Source: Spirochaetia bacterium (GTDB lineage: Bacteria; Spirochaetota; Spirochaetia; DSM-2461). From it: DNA of 64,000 nt. The position numbers and the translations under genes are program-made. Where the stretch lies: positions 2,848,001 to 2,912,000 of the forward strand of contig OY764216.1 of assembly GCA_963668315.1 (NCBI GenBank), written 5' to 3'. The notes below the pieces were generated by a model. That model was given only the letters and a program-made list of their open reading frames with translations. It made no database searches and had not been told where the DNA came from. Shown in pieces: positions 1-10,471 of the stretch (within the stretch, counting starts at the first letter, position 1; each line of letters begins with the position of its first letter).

Positions 1-113
1 AAAAGGGGAGCCCCTTCCAGAACGCCCATCCCCTCGCGGAAAGGACCGCCCTCTTTATCAGAGTGAAGAGATGGAAGGGATGCTGCAGAGACAACCCGAT
101 CCAGAAGGCCCAT
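1..113 (-). CDS. Partial hypothetical protein (5' end only, runs off the window)
   Basis: ATG at 113-111 overlaps the TAA of the 917-aa gene (TAATG coupling); frame open to the window edge: MGLLDRVVSAASLPSLHSDKEGGPFREGMGVLEGAPL. Confidence 0.55.
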   Translation of the reverse strand, partial: MGLLDRVVSAASLPSLHSDKEGGPFREGMGVLEGAPL

Positions 114-2866
114 TATTTGGCTATTCCCAGTTCACTGAAGATTTTCTTGTATACCTCGAAATGTTCGCTTCTGGCAAATTCCTGAATCTTATCTTCGGGA
201 AGAGCTTCAAGAAGCTGATCCATATAGGTGAGAACTTCCTTTATCTCCTCTTTAAGGTCGTAGGGGAGGGATGCCAGTTCATCGGAATCTCTCAGGGCGG
301 ATATATCAGGAAAGGAGGGGATTTCATCAAGCACTGATTCCATCTCATTTTCTTCCTCTTCAATTTCTTCCGCCAATTCCGGTTCCGGTTCTTCCCGGTT
401 CTCCGGAGAAAAATCACCCAGGTCGTCGGAAAGGGAAATCCCTTCCAGAAGTTCGTCTATATTCTCATCGTCAATGCTCAGATCTTCGGAGGGTATGGTC
501 TCCAGCTCGTCGGAAGTGAGTTCTATTTCGTCGGAAGTGGCGTCTTCAATCTCTATGGAAAAGCTGCCCGAGTCTTCGTCAGTAATTTCGTCTTCTTCGT
601 TTTCCGCAGAAAGATGATCATCCAGTGCCGGCTCCTCATCAAGGTCGAGGTCCAGATCCAGATCAAGGAAATCGTCCTCAACTTCCTCATCCTGGGTCAG
701 AAGGCTTTCATCAAGGTCAAAACCATCCTTTTCTTCTGCAGCCTCGATCATATCCTCGAACCCGTCGGATTCCTCTTCGTCTTCCTCATCGGAGATTTCA
801 TCGGTAAACCCGAGAGCTTCATCCAGAATGGTTTCGTCCTCATCGGAAATGATAATTTCATCGTCAAAGAAGATTTCATCGGCTTCCTCTTCGGGAATCT
901 CTTCTTCGATGACGAGCTCTTCGTCTTCTTCGGGAGTCTCTTCTTCAATGACGAGCTCTTCGTCATCTTCGGAAGTCTCTTCTTCGATAACGAACTCTTC
1001 CTCTATGACGAGTTCCTCCTCATGGGAGAGTTCATCCTCAAGGACCAGTTCACCTATCTCCTCGGGAATATCGATCTGGGTAAAGTCGTTATCCTCGAGA
1101 TCTTCTATTTCAATCTCTTCATCTATGATTTCCTCATTTTCGGGTATCATGCCGTCAATAAGGGTGTCGTCATCGGAACCTGCGGGAGGCAGAGGAAATT
1201 CCGGTTCCTCTTCACTCCGGGGAAATTCAAGGGGCTCATCATCCCCTTCATTCACGGTCTGATCGAGAAATTCATCAAGGGAGGCGTCTTCGAACTCTAT
1301 GGAGCTCTCCTCTTCCATGAGATCGGAAAGAGGCTCTACAGAATCGGTCTCATCCTCTTCGGAAATGCTGTCCAGGGATATTTCGTCAAGCTGAATATCC
1401 TCCAGAGAATCGATTTCCTCCGAATCAAAAGTCTCATCGGAAAACTCTGAAAGGTCAACGCTTTCAATTTCATCGGTCTCGCTGAAGGAGCCCTCTTCCT
1501 CGAAGACGATATCCCCGTCCATGTCATCAAAGGAGACCTCTTCCCCCTCATCGAAAATGGTTTCATCGGGATTTTCTCCGGCGGCAGACAATTCATCGTC
1601 ATCTTCCGAATCAGCCGTTTCGCTTTCTTCCGAGGTAAGTTCGTCCTCATCGCCGCCCAATTCGCTCAGATCAATCCCCAGATCATCAAGATCCACTTCC
1701 TCTATCACCAGATCGTCATCGGGGGAAGCTTCCACCATATCCTCAATGTCAATTTCTTCCACATCATGGGAGGGTTCCACATCGTCTATGCTGACTACTT
1801 CATCGAGATCGTCCACATTGGACAGCTCCAGGGGATCACTCTCTTCCATGTCACCGGTCAGATCATCAAGGGAGACTTCTTCCAGGGAAATGTCTTCATC
1901 GTCGAGAAGATTGTCCAAGCTGATCTCCTCCTCATCCACATCACCCTGATCGTCAATGGTAATCTCGAGGGAGTCCATGTCGTCTTCCGCCATGCTTTCT
2001 TCATCTTCCCGGCCAAGGTTGGTGAGCATGGAGAGGGCGGGATCTTCGTCGGGCTCGGCAAGATCCATATCATCGACAAGTTCCAGAGGGGTATCGGCCA
2101 GTAGGTCCGACTCATCCTGGTATTCGTCTTCGGGAAGAGTTTCCCCGGGGGGAAGGGTAATTTCTATTTCTTCCTCTTCCGGTTCCTCCTCAAGGGCTGT
2201 GCCGTCAAGGATATTATCAAGCTCGTCACCGGTCAGGGCAATTGTCTCATCCAGATCGCTGTCATCGAAGAAGCCGGCTCCCTGCTCTTCACTGTCGACG
2301 GGAATGCTTTCGGGGGAAACTTTATCCCCTTCGTCCCGGGGAGCCAGGCGGATTGTACTGATTTCATTTTTCAGATCTTTGATTTCATCGCGGATAGTGG
2401 AGAGCTCTCCCTCTATCTTCGCCAGGATATCTAACTGCCTGGATGACTCCTCAAGGAGTTCCGTCTGAGCTTCAAGTCTATCTACCGCGTCTTCGAGGGG
2501 ATGGGGTTCGCTTTCGGGTATGTCATCAAAATTGGGAAGGGAATCCTCAATCGTATCCTCGATACTGGCCACATCCGAGAAATCGAGATCATCATCCATA
2601 TCACCGGCATCAAGGCTTTCGAAATCGAAATCCTCATCTCCCAGATTCTCGAAGTCAATCTCTTCATCATCCTCATTGGAGTGTAGTTCGTTGAGGAGGT
2701 CCTCTTCCTCTTCGGTTATGTAAAGCTGATCACTTTCGGAATCATCATCGATTTCAATAGGTTCCGATTCCATTTCCTGAATGCCGTCGGAGCCGGCTTT
2801 AACCCATACCCCGAATTGTTCCAGGTTGTCATCTTCCCGTTCTTTCTTTCCCTTATCCTTGGCCAT
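113..2866 (-). CDS. Very acidic, largely disordered 917-aa protein with short ordered N-terminal, coiled-coil and C-terminal helical segments
   Basis: D/E-rich ORF; SD GAGGAG upstream; motifs LEQFGVWVK, coiled coil LAKIEGELSTIRDEIKDLKNEI, GFFDDSDLDETIALTGDELDNIL; C-terminal LKEEIKEVLTYMDQLLEALPEDKIQEFARSEHFEVYKKIFSELGI. Confidence 0.85.
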   Translation of the reverse strand: MAKDKGKKEREDDNLEQFGVWVKAGSDGIQEMESEPIEIDDDSESDQLYITEEEEDLLNELHSNEDDEEIDFENLGDEDFDFESLDAGDMDDDLDFSDVASIEDTIEDSLPNFDDIPESEPHPLEDAVDRLEAQTELLEESSRQLDILAKIEGELSTIRDEIKDLKNEISTIRLAPRDEGDKVSPESIPVDSEEQGAGFFDDSDLDETIALTGDELDNILDGTALEEEPEEEEIEITLPPGETLPEDEYQDESDLLADTPLELVDDMDLAEPDEDPALSMLTNLGREDEESMAEDDMDSLEITIDDQGDVDEEEISLDNLLDDEDISLEEVSLDDLTGDMEESDPLELSNVDDLDEVVSIDDVEPSHDVEEIDIEDMVEASPDDDLVIEEVDLDDLGIDLSELGGDEDELTSEESETADSEDDDELSAAGENPDETIFDEGEEVSFDDMDGDIVFEEEGSFSETDEIESVDLSEFSDETFDSEEIDSLEDIQLDEISLDSISEEDETDSVEPLSDLMEEESSIEFEDASLDEFLDQTVNEGDDEPLEFPRSEEEPEFPLPPAGSDDDTLIDGMIPENEEIIDEEIEIEDLEDNDFTQIDIPEEIGELVLEDELSHEEELVIEEEFVIEEETSEDDEELVIEEETPEEDEELVIEEEIPEEEADEIFFDDEIIISDEDETILDEALGFTDEISDEEDEEESDGFEDMIEAAEEKDGFDLDESLLTQDEEVEDDFLDLDLDLDLDEEPALDDHLSAENEEDEITDEDSGSFSIEIEDATSDEIELTSDELETIPSEDLSIDDENIDELLEGISLSDDLGDFSPENREEPEPELAEEIEEEENEMESVLDEIPSFPDISALRDSDELASLPYDLKEEIKEVLTYMDQLLEALPEDKIQEFARSEHFEVYKKIFSELGIAK
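890..1040 (-). repeat. About 3 imperfect 39-bp in-frame tandem repeats (ELVIEEETPEEDE)
   Basis: Unit like ctcttcttcgatgacgagctcttcgtcttcttcgggagt repeated within the acidic gene. Confidence 0.7.
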
Positions 2867-2896
2867 GGATATCTCCTCAGTACAATCTCTCTAAAC

Positions 2897-2923
2897 TTAT
2901 CGGCCGAATCGGGGGAAACATCA
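2897..2923 (-). promoter_or_regulatory. Sigma28 (FliA)-type promoter for the acidic protein
   Basis: Minus strand reads TGATGTTT-N11-GCCGATAA versus consensus TAAAGTTT-N11-GCCGATAA. Confidence 0.7.
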
Positions 2924-3027
2924 ATAAAAAAAGCTTGAATTAGCTATAGAAACGTCTCCCATGGTCATTATAGAATCATATTAAAACAAATCATCAAGTT
3001 TTTCCATTACTATCCGTTATAAAAGTC

Positions 3028-3498
3028 ATGGTCAAGAAAAGTCTTTTCCTGGCATTATACGCCGGACTAACCGTCTATCTCATCCTCAACCTTTTCTGGG
3101 GTACCCAGGGGGTGAACGCCCTGGCCGCCCTGAGAGCGGAGCGCGCCGTTCTTGAGGAGAACATGGATATTCTGACCGGCGAGAACAGGGATGTGCAGAT
3201 TCATCTTGATCAGCTGAAGAACGATCGCCAGTCCATAACCCTTCAGGCCAGGAAACTGGGCTATATCCGGGAAGGGGAGAAAATCATCTACACCGACCTG
3301 GGAAGCCCGGCTCAGAGCATCAGTTACGGCCTGCCCATTATCCGCACCGGAACAGATTACGTTGTGGGGGACAGAAGCGCCTTCTTCCGCGTCCTGGCCC
3401 TGGTGGTCGGTCTTTCCATGTTTCTCCTGGTCCTTATTCTTGAATGGGGCGAGAAGGGAATCCGGCGGGTCCCCCCTTCAGGAGCCGATCAGAGATAA
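3028..3498 (+). CDS. Septum formation initiator FtsB/DivIC family protein
   Basis: N-terminal TM, G..G motif, coiled coil, [14 protein letters not shown] motif; extra C-terminal TM. Confidence 0.75.
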   Translation: MVKKSLFLALYAGLTVYLILNLFWGTQGVNALAALRAERAVLEENMDILTGENRDVQIHLDQLKNDRQSITLQARKLGYIREGEKIIYTDLGSPAQSISYGLPIIRTGTDYVVGDRSAFFRVLALVVGLSMFLLVLILEWGEKGIRRVPPSGADQR

Positions 3499-4196
3499 TA
3501 CTCTTCGGGCAGCTGCCAGTTAATCGGGCCTTTCCCCTTTTCTTCAAGATAGTCGTTCGCCGCGGAAAAATGGCCGCAGCCGAAGAATCCCCGGTTGGCC
3601 GAAAGGGGCGAAGGGTGGGGCGATTCGAGGACGAGATGGCGCGATCGGTCTATGATGGCCCCTTTTTTCTGCGCATAGGAACCCCAGAGAAGAAAAACCG
3701 TATTCTCCGTCTCCCTGTTAATCACTTCAATAACCCTGTCGGTAAACCTTTCCCAGCCCTGCCCTCTGTGGGAGGCGGCCCGGTGGCATTCCACCGTGAG
3801 GACGGAGTTCAAAAGGAGGACGCCCTGTTCCGCCCAGGGGATAAGACAGCCGTGGCGCACGGGAGCGAAGCCCGTTTCGGCGGCCAGTTCCTTATAGATA
3901 TTCTTGAGGGAGGGGGGAACATCCACCCCGGGGCGTACGGAAAAGGAGAGGCCGTGAGCCTGTCCGGGGCCGTGATAGGGATCCTGACCGATAATGACCA
4001 GCTTCACCTTCTCCAGGGGAGTCGTATTGAGGGCGTTGAAATACTCGTCGCCGGGGGGGAATATCTGCTTTCCCTGCTGCTTTTCCCTTTGGAGGAAACG
4101 GCGCAGATCGGCCATATAGGGGGCGCTGAACTCCTCCTGCAAAGGAGTCAGCCATGAGGGATGAAGTTTGATCTTACGCTGTTCACTGTCTACCAT
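3489..4196 (-). CDS. ung: Uracil-DNA glycosylase (family 1)
   Basis: GQDPYH, GLSFS, GVLLLN, LWG and HPSPLS motifs. Confidence 0.97.
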   Translation of the reverse strand: MVDSEQRKIKLHPSWLTPLQEEFSAPYMADLRRFLQREKQQGKQIFPPGDEYFNALNTTPLEKVKLVIIGQDPYHGPGQAHGLSFSVRPGVDVPPSLKNIYKELAAETGFAPVRHGCLIPWAEQGVLLLNSVLTVECHRAASHRGQGWERFTDRVIEVINRETENTVFLLWGSYAQKKGAIIDRSRHLVLESPHPSPLSANRGFFGCGHFSAANDYLEEKGKGPINWQLPEEYYL

Positions 4197-4280
4197 GGAA
4201 ATATTATAGCCGGTACTGTCGCTTTTAACAATGTCCCAGGTCAGATTGAGAAAACGGTCTTCTCTGTGTTATTATGACCT

Positions 4281-5456
4281 ATGGGCTGCAACTGCGAAAT
4301 AAAGAAACGCCTCTCTCTCATGGCGCGGGAATTCCGGGGCGAACCGGTGTACCTCGATTATAATGCCACCACTCCCACCGACCCCGCGCTGCTGGGGGAT
4401 ATGGACCGTCTTCTGAGGCGCGAATGGGGAAACTCTTCCAGCCTTCACCTGAAGGGGGGGGAAGCCTATCTGAGGGAGACGGAGACCAGGCAGACCGCTT
4501 CCCGGCTGTTCGGAAAGGGGGAGGATACCTTCCAATTCTGTTCCTCCGGATGCGAGGGAATATCCGGATTGCTGGCCGGAACGGAGGCAAGAGACCGGAT
4601 ATTGATCACCACGGAAGCGGATCATTCCGTTCTGGTGCAGACCGCCGGAACCCAGTACAGGGAAAAACACCGGTTTATCCCGATCGACGGACAGGGCCGG
4701 ATCGACTCCCCATGGCTTGAGGGCCTTCTGGAAAAGGAGGGGCCGGCCTGTCTTTTCTATTCTCCCGTCAACCACGAAACCGGCGCCAGGCAGAACTGCA
4801 AAGCCCTGTATGAAGCGGCGCAGCGCCGCGGGGCCCTTGTTTTCATCGATGCGGTTCAGGCGGCGTACCGCCTCAGACCGGAAGAGTGGGCCCCCTATTG
4901 CCACGGCTTTGTGATCTCGGGGCATAAATTTCATGTGCCCAAGGGAATCGCCATGGTCCATGTCCGCGAGGATATTGAAATTTTCCCTTTCCGGATGGGC
5001 GGCGGGAACGGCTCCTCCCTCTTTCCCGGAACGGCCAATACTCCGGGAATAGCCCTGCTCGGCAAGGGACTTGAACTACTGGACAGGGACAGGACGGTAA
5101 ACGAAAGGATCCTGGAAAATCTGACAAGGGAAGGGGAGTCCATTCTCGCCGGATGCCGGACGGAAATAATCAGAGAGTCCCCGTCGGACAGCGTTCCCGG
5201 GATTCTCTGTTTTTCCCTTCCCGAACTGAGGGATTGGGAAAAATTCTTCCTCCATTTAGGTGAGAGGCGTATCTGTCTTAGCCGTTTTTCCGCCTGTACG
5301 GGGAAAGTGGAGGGGGAATCGGCCGTTCTGAACGCCATGGGTGTTCCTTCGGCCCGGTCATCCCGGTCTTTGCGGGTTTCATTCGGACGTTTTTCCAAGA
5401 GACAGGATTTCTTTGCCCTGAAGGAGGCCATAGACAGTTATGTACAAAATTCTTAA
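4281..5456 (+). CDS. Cysteine desulfurase-like class V PLP aminotransferase
   Basis: YLDYNATTP, NHETG, DAVQA, SGHK (PLP lysine), SACT (catalytic Cys), LRVSFGR. Confidence 0.85.
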   Translation: MGCNCEIKKRLSLMAREFRGEPVYLDYNATTPTDPALLGDMDRLLRREWGNSSSLHLKGGEAYLRETETRQTASRLFGKGEDTFQFCSSGCEGISGLLAGTEARDRILITTEADHSVLVQTAGTQYREKHRFIPIDGQGRIDSPWLEGLLEKEGPACLFYSPVNHETGARQNCKALYEAAQRRGALVFIDAVQAAYRLRPEEWAPYCHGFVISGHKFHVPKGIAMVHVREDIEIFPFRMGGGNGSSLFPGTANTPGIALLGKGLELLDRDRTVNERILENLTREGESILAGCRTEIIRESPSDSVPGILCFSLPELRDWEKFFLHLGERRICLSRFSACTGKVEGESAVLNAMGVPSARSSRSLRVSFGRFSKRQDFFALKEAIDSYVQNS

Positions 5457-5537
5457 ACGCCGCTTCGGATGGGATAATTTCTGGGAAAATCAGGAAAATA
5501 TACAATATTAATATATTAAGGTTGGTTATTGTAGTAC

Positions 5538-7352
5538 GTGAGTAATACATCTTTAAAAAAAGCAAGAATGATCCTCTCATCTGTTTTTGGTTATAGCAAG
5601 TTCAGAGACAACCAAGAAGAGATTATTTCAGCCATATTAAATGGGAACGATGTCTTCACTTCCATGCCCACGGGCGGAGGAAAAAGTTTATGTTATCAAA
5701 TCCCCGGACTCGTATTTGATGGACTTACTATTATCATAAGTCCACTAATCGCCCTCATGAAGGATCAAGTGGATGATGCTGTTTCAAAGGGGATTCCCGC
5801 GGCATTCCTGAATAGTACTTTGAAGGCTGAGGAGGTCTCCGATATATATTCACGTCTCTACAAGAGAGAAATAAAGCTTCTTTATATTTCTCCTGAGCGG
5901 CTGGCCGTCGAAGGTTATATGGACAGGCTCGCTGAGCTGAATATCAGTTTCTTTTCGATCGATGAGGCCCATTGTTTATCCGAATGGGGGCATGATTTCA
6001 GACCGGATTATTTAATCCTTTCCCGTATCAGGGAGAAGTTTCCCCATGTCCCCATCGCTGCTTTCACTGCTACTGCTACAGAGAAGGTTCAGAGTGATAT
6101 TATACGTATCCTGAAATTGGATGATCCCTTTACCGTTAGGGCATCATTTAATCGAAAGGAGCTATCATACAATATAAAACCCAAGAAAGATATTTTGATT
6201 CAGATTTCAACCTACATAAAAGATCATCCGAATGATGCCGGAATCGTATATCGCTTAAGTAGAAAGGATGTGGATAAGACGACAGAGTATTTAAGGAATA
6301 AGGGTATAAACGCTCTGCCCTATCATGCCGGTATGAATAAAGATCAGAGATCATTAAATCAAGAGTTGTTTAATAATGATGATGTCCAGGTGATCGTTTC
6401 GACCAATGCATTCGGCATGGGTGTTGATAAGAGCAACGTCAGGTTTATCATACATGGTGACCTCCCTAAGAGTATGGAGGCTTATTATCAGGAAACAGGT
6501 AGGGCAGGAAGAGATGGTATGGATTCCGAATGTCTTCTTTTTTTCAGTTCTGGCGATATAGTCCGTCAGAAGTATTTCATAGATCAACTTGAAAGCCAGG
6601 AAGAGCAGAGAAATAGTCTTGATAACCTGAATAAACTAGTTCGCCTTTGCACGGTAAATGTCTGTAGGAGAAAACAAATCCTTTCTCACTTTGGAGAGGA
6701 GTTAGAAGAGAACTGTGGCAGTTGTGATGTATGTACTGACACAACTGAAAAAGTTGAGGCCACTGTAGATGCGCAGAAAGTCCTTTCTGCCATGGCAAGA
6801 ACAGGAGAAGGATTCGGCATTTCCCATATCATAGATATTGTCTCTGGAGCCGATACGGCCAAAATACGGGAAAAAGGGCATGAGAGCTTAAAAACTTATG
6901 GAGTCGGAAAGGACAAAAGTAAGAAATGGTGGCGGGGAATTGTGGATGAATTAATTGGTCAGCAGATGATCTATCAGGATAGTGAGAGATACAACATCTT
7001 GAAAATGAATGAATCCGGAAAAAGAATCCTATTTGGAGAGGAGTCCTTTTTTATCAGTGATACTACGGCATCGCAAGAAACTAAAAATAAGACGAACTCT
7101 CTTATTCAACGGACATTAGCGCCGGCAGATGAAAATCTCTTATCGAAGTTAAAGGAGATAAGGAAAGAATTGGCCAGAAAAAGAAGAGTTCCGCCATATG
7201 TGATTTTCTCTGATAAGACACTTGCTGAAATGTCTCGTATGAAACCGGAAACAGGTTCCGAAATGCTTGAAGTCTCTGGAGTAGGGGAGAAGAAACTGGA
7301 AGTTTATGGGGAAATATTTCTATCTGAGATTAGGAATTATATTGCTGATTAA
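5538..7352 (+). CDS. recQ: ATP-dependent DNA helicase RecQ
   Basis: MPTGGGKSLCYQ, DEAHC, WGHDFRP, YYQETGRAGRDG, Zn-binding Cys, RQC and HRDC (PPYVIFSDKTL). Confidence 0.97.
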   Translation: MSNTSLKKARMILSSVFGYSKFRDNQEEIISAILNGNDVFTSMPTGGGKSLCYQIPGLVFDGLTIIISPLIALMKDQVDDAVSKGIPAAFLNSTLKAEEVSDIYSRLYKREIKLLYISPERLAVEGYMDRLAELNISFFSIDEAHCLSEWGHDFRPDYLILSRIREKFPHVPIAAFTATATEKVQSDIIRILKLDDPFTVRASFNRKELSYNIKPKKDILIQISTYIKDHPNDAGIVYRLSRKDVDKTTEYLRNKGINALPYHAGMNKDQRSLNQELFNNDDVQVIVSTNAFGMGVDKSNVRFIIHGDLPKSMEAYYQETGRAGRDGMDSECLLFFSSGDIVRQKYFIDQLESQEEQRNSLDNLNKLVRLCTVNVCRRKQILSHFGEELEENCGSCDVCTDTTEKVEATVDAQKVLSAMARTGEGFGISHIIDIVSGADTAKIREKGHESLKTYGVGKDKSKKWWRGIVDELIGQQMIYQDSERYNILKMNESGKRILFGEESFFISDTTASQETKNKTNSLIQRTLAPADENLLSKLKEIRKELARKRRVPPYVIFSDKTLAEMSRMKPETGSEMLEVSGVGEKKLEVYGEIFLSEIRNYIAD

Positions 7353-7440
7353 GTCTATTGAAGCAATGGGTTATACTTGATCAGGAGCTCTATAAGCCCG
7401 ATATGATTGTATTTTGTAGGAAATAGATAATAAAAGAAGT

Positions 7441-8229
7441 ATGGATATAGAAAAATATTTAGAATTATTGAATATCTCCAGTATTCAAGGTGATAGACTG
7501 GATTTACTAAAGACGATACATCGGAATCATCTGCAACGGATTCCCTTTGAAAATTTTGACATGCATATGTATGGGAAACTTGATTTGGCTCTTGATAAAT
7601 TATATGAGAAAATTGTAATTAGGCGTAGGGGGGGAATCTGCTATGAGCTGAATTATCTGCTGTATAATTTACTAAAAGAACTAGGTTATGATGTTATACT
7701 CCTATCTGGAAGTGTATTGGATGAAGGGGATTCTGAGTTCGATCATCTCTTTTTGTTGGTTACCCTTGAATCAGTCAGATATCTAGTTGATGTCGGATTC
7801 GGGGATAATTTTTTCGAACCAATATTGTTTGACTGCCATGCTGTTCAACAAGATGTGAAGGGCTATTTTAGAATAAAAAAAGTTTCCGATGATACATATA
7901 GATTGGAGCACAAGACAGATAACGAATATGTTTGCGCTTATACATTCCGTTTAGTTACGAGATATGTTAAGGAATTCGAGGAAAGAATGAATTGGTTTTG
8001 TCACTCCGAAGGATCAATATTTGCAAAAAGACTGTTTTGTTCTATCGAAAATCCAAAGGGAAGAATCTCAATAAGACCGGGCCGAATAACTATAACTGCC
8101 AATGGAAATAAAGAAGAGTTTGATATTCGGGATTTTGTTGAATTTAAGCATTTACTGGCGGATAAATTCAAACTTGAGTTTTTAGATGAAGATCCGTTAT
8201 TACAAGAGATATACAATAAGCAAGGATAA
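7441..8229 (+). CDS. Arylamine N-acetyltransferase family protein
   Basis: IPFENFD, RRGGICYELN (catalytic Cys), DH, DVGFG. Confidence 0.92.
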   Translation: MDIEKYLELLNISSIQGDRLDLLKTIHRNHLQRIPFENFDMHMYGKLDLALDKLYEKIVIRRRGGICYELNYLLYNLLKELGYDVILLSGSVLDEGDSEFDHLFLLVTLESVRYLVDVGFGDNFFEPILFDCHAVQQDVKGYFRIKKVSDDTYRLEHKTDNEYVCAYTFRLVTRYVKEFEERMNWFCHSEGSIFAKRLFCSIENPKGRISIRPGRITITANGNKEEFDIRDFVEFKHLLADKFKLEFLDEDPLLQEIYNKQG

Positions 8230-8439
8230 CGATAATTTGCTCTTTTTTATCGGATTAGTAGCTAACTTTCTATCAAGAAATAAAATGGATTAATATTTAT
8301 ATAGGACAAAGCTATTATATAAAAATCGTTCCCAAAAAAACGGAAAAAACATTGGTTTTTTCCGATGTAATGGTCGTTAATTTCTAGAACTAGTCTCCGA
8401 ATCTCTTTCGGATACTGAAAATGCAAAAAAAAATATTAA

Positions 8440-10410
8440 ATGAAGGAAGAAGGAGAAAATTCCTTGAAACTCAAAACAAAATTTATCTTACCCCTAACCG
8501 CGCTTTCCTGCGTTGCCATGCTGAGTGTGTCTACACTGCTGTACCAGTCGGCAAAACATGAAATTGAGAGCTCCGTCATCGGTCAGATGGAACAGATGGC
8601 CGATGCTCTTGTCAGAAGTGTGGATGACTACCATGAGTCGCTGCTTGCCGATGTCAGACTGTTCGCCCAGTCCCCCTATTATGAAAGTCTTTTATTGACC
8701 GGATCCGGGGAGGATGTCAATATCGTCAATAGCCAGCTCAAGGATTTCCTCGATCTGAAAGAGGGATATGAGAATATTGCTCTGGTGGATTTATCAGGAA
8801 CTGTCGTAGCCTGCAGTAATGAAGCGGCCATAGGAGCCAATGTCTCCTCCCGGGATTACTTCAAGGATGCGATAAAGGGGAACATCTCATTGGGAACTTC
8901 GGTCTTGAGCAGTGTGACGGGCAATTCGACCAACACATCCGCCTGTCCTCTATATAAAGGAAAAGAGATTATCGGTGTTGTCATAGCTGTCTCCGATCTG
9001 CTGCATTTCACCGGAAAATTCTTTGATCCCGTATCCATCGGGGAGCATGGTTACGTCTATATGATGGATCAGAACGGAGATATGGTTTCCCATCCCAATA
9101 AGGAGCTTCTGCTGACCGCCGAGGCGAACGGTCACAATACGGATCAGGGACGGTATGTGCTCAATGAACGAAATGGCGTGCATGTCTACACCTACGGGGG
9201 CATCGAAAAGACCATGGCATTCCGCCAGACCGCGATTCAAGGCTGGTTTGTCATAACGAGCGCCGAGAACGCGGAACTCTATGCGGGAGTACAGAAAGTG
9301 CTGAGGGTGGTTATTATCCTGATTCTCATCGCCCTCACGGTGATGATCTCCACCATATGGTTTCTGGTCTCCAGTCTGGCTAATGTGGTGAAAGCTGCTG
9401 CGGAAAGTGCTGAAAAAATCGCCGAAGGAGACCTTACGGCTACTCCTGAGCAGAAGCATCTTATGAGAAAAGACGAGCTGGGAATATTATCCCGGGCGTT
9501 TGAACACATGATTCTCAAGCTCAGAGAGATCGTGAGAGATGTTAATTCTTCCGCCCATAACGTCTCCCAGGGAAGCAATCAGCTGTCCGCCACGGCGGGT
9601 CAGCTGTCACGGGGAGCAACGGAGCAGGCATCCATATCAGAAGAGGTTTCCTCTTCCATGGAGGAGATGGGATCCGCCATTCAGCAGAACGCCGATAACG
9701 CCGTTCAGACCGGTAAGATCGCCTCCCAGGTTTCTGTGGATATTGAAGAGGGTGGACAGGCTGTCAATGAGACGGTTGAGGCGATGAGAGAGATTGCCGA
9801 AAAAGTCAAACTTATCGATGATATTTCAAGGAATACCAACATGCTTTCCTTGAATGCTTCCATTGAAGCGGCCCGGGCCGGCGAGCATGGCAAAGGTTTC
9901 GCCGTCGTAGCAACGGAAGTCGGTAAGCTGGCGGCCAACAGCCAGAAGGCGGCTCTGGAAATTTTTGAATTGGCCAGTTCAAGTGTAGCCAAGGCGGAGA
10001 AGGCAGGGGAGCTGATTTCGAAGATTATTCCCGATATTCAGAAAACCGCCGAGCTTGTTCAGGAAATCTCCGCTTCCAGTGTCGAACAGAACAGCGGGGC
10101 AGCTCAGGTAAATCAGGTCATGATACAGCTTGATGAGGTCATCCAGAGCAACAGCGCCTCGGCGGAAGAATCTTCTGCCATGTCTGAAGAGTTATCTAGC
10201 CAGGCTACGATGCTCGTTGACGTCATCTCCTATTTCAAATTAAACGAGGAAGATATGAAAGGGAGAGACAGACTGTCCCGTGACAGAAAGAGTCCTGTCA
10301 GCGGGAAAACAGAGGAGAAGAGAAATCCCTCTTCTCCATCAAGGATCTATTCCCTCCCTCCTGGTCGTAACAGGGAAAGCCGTGATACCGACGGCTTTGA
10401 AGAGTTTTAA
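8440..10410 (+). CDS. Methyl-accepting chemotaxis protein (dCache-HAMP-MA); start may be TTG 8464
   Basis: Two TMs, SSRDYF Cache motif, [35 protein letters not shown]; ends GFEEF. Confidence 0.95.
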   Translation: MKEEGENSLKLKTKFILPLTALSCVAMLSVSTLLYQSAKHEIESSVIGQMEQMADALVRSVDDYHESLLADVRLFAQSPYYESLLLTGSGEDVNIVNSQLKDFLDLKEGYENIALVDLSGTVVACSNEAAIGANVSSRDYFKDAIKGNISLGTSVLSSVTGNSTNTSACPLYKGKEIIGVVIAVSDLLHFTGKFFDPVSIGEHGYVYMMDQNGDMVSHPNKELLLTAEANGHNTDQGRYVLNERNGVHVYTYGGIEKTMAFRQTAIQGWFVITSAENAELYAGVQKVLRVVIILILIALTVMISTIWFLVSSLANVVKAAAESAEKIAEGDLTATPEQKHLMRKDELGILSRAFEHMILKLREIVRDVNSSAHNVSQGSNQLSATAGQLSRGATEQASISEEVSSSMEEMGSAIQQNADNAVQTGKIASQVSVDIEEGGQAVNETVEAMREIAEKVKLIDDISRNTNMLSLNASIEAARAGEHGKGFAVVATEVGKLAANSQKAALEIFELASSSVAKAEKAGELISKIIPDIQKTAELVQEISASSVEQNSGAAQVNQVMIQLDEVIQSNSASAEESSAMSEELSSQATMLVDVISYFKLNEEDMKGRDRLSRDRKSPVSGKTEEKRNPSSPSRIYSLPPGRNRESRDTDGFEEF

Positions 10411-10471
10411 TCGGAACGGACTATCATTGGGGAAGATGGGGAACCATGAGGGAGCCTATCTTTCGACTAAT

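Noticed and set aside
614..2723. Several plus-strand Ser/Phe/Ile-rich ORFs
   Set aside because: Antisense shadows of the low-complexity D/E codons of the 917-aa gene
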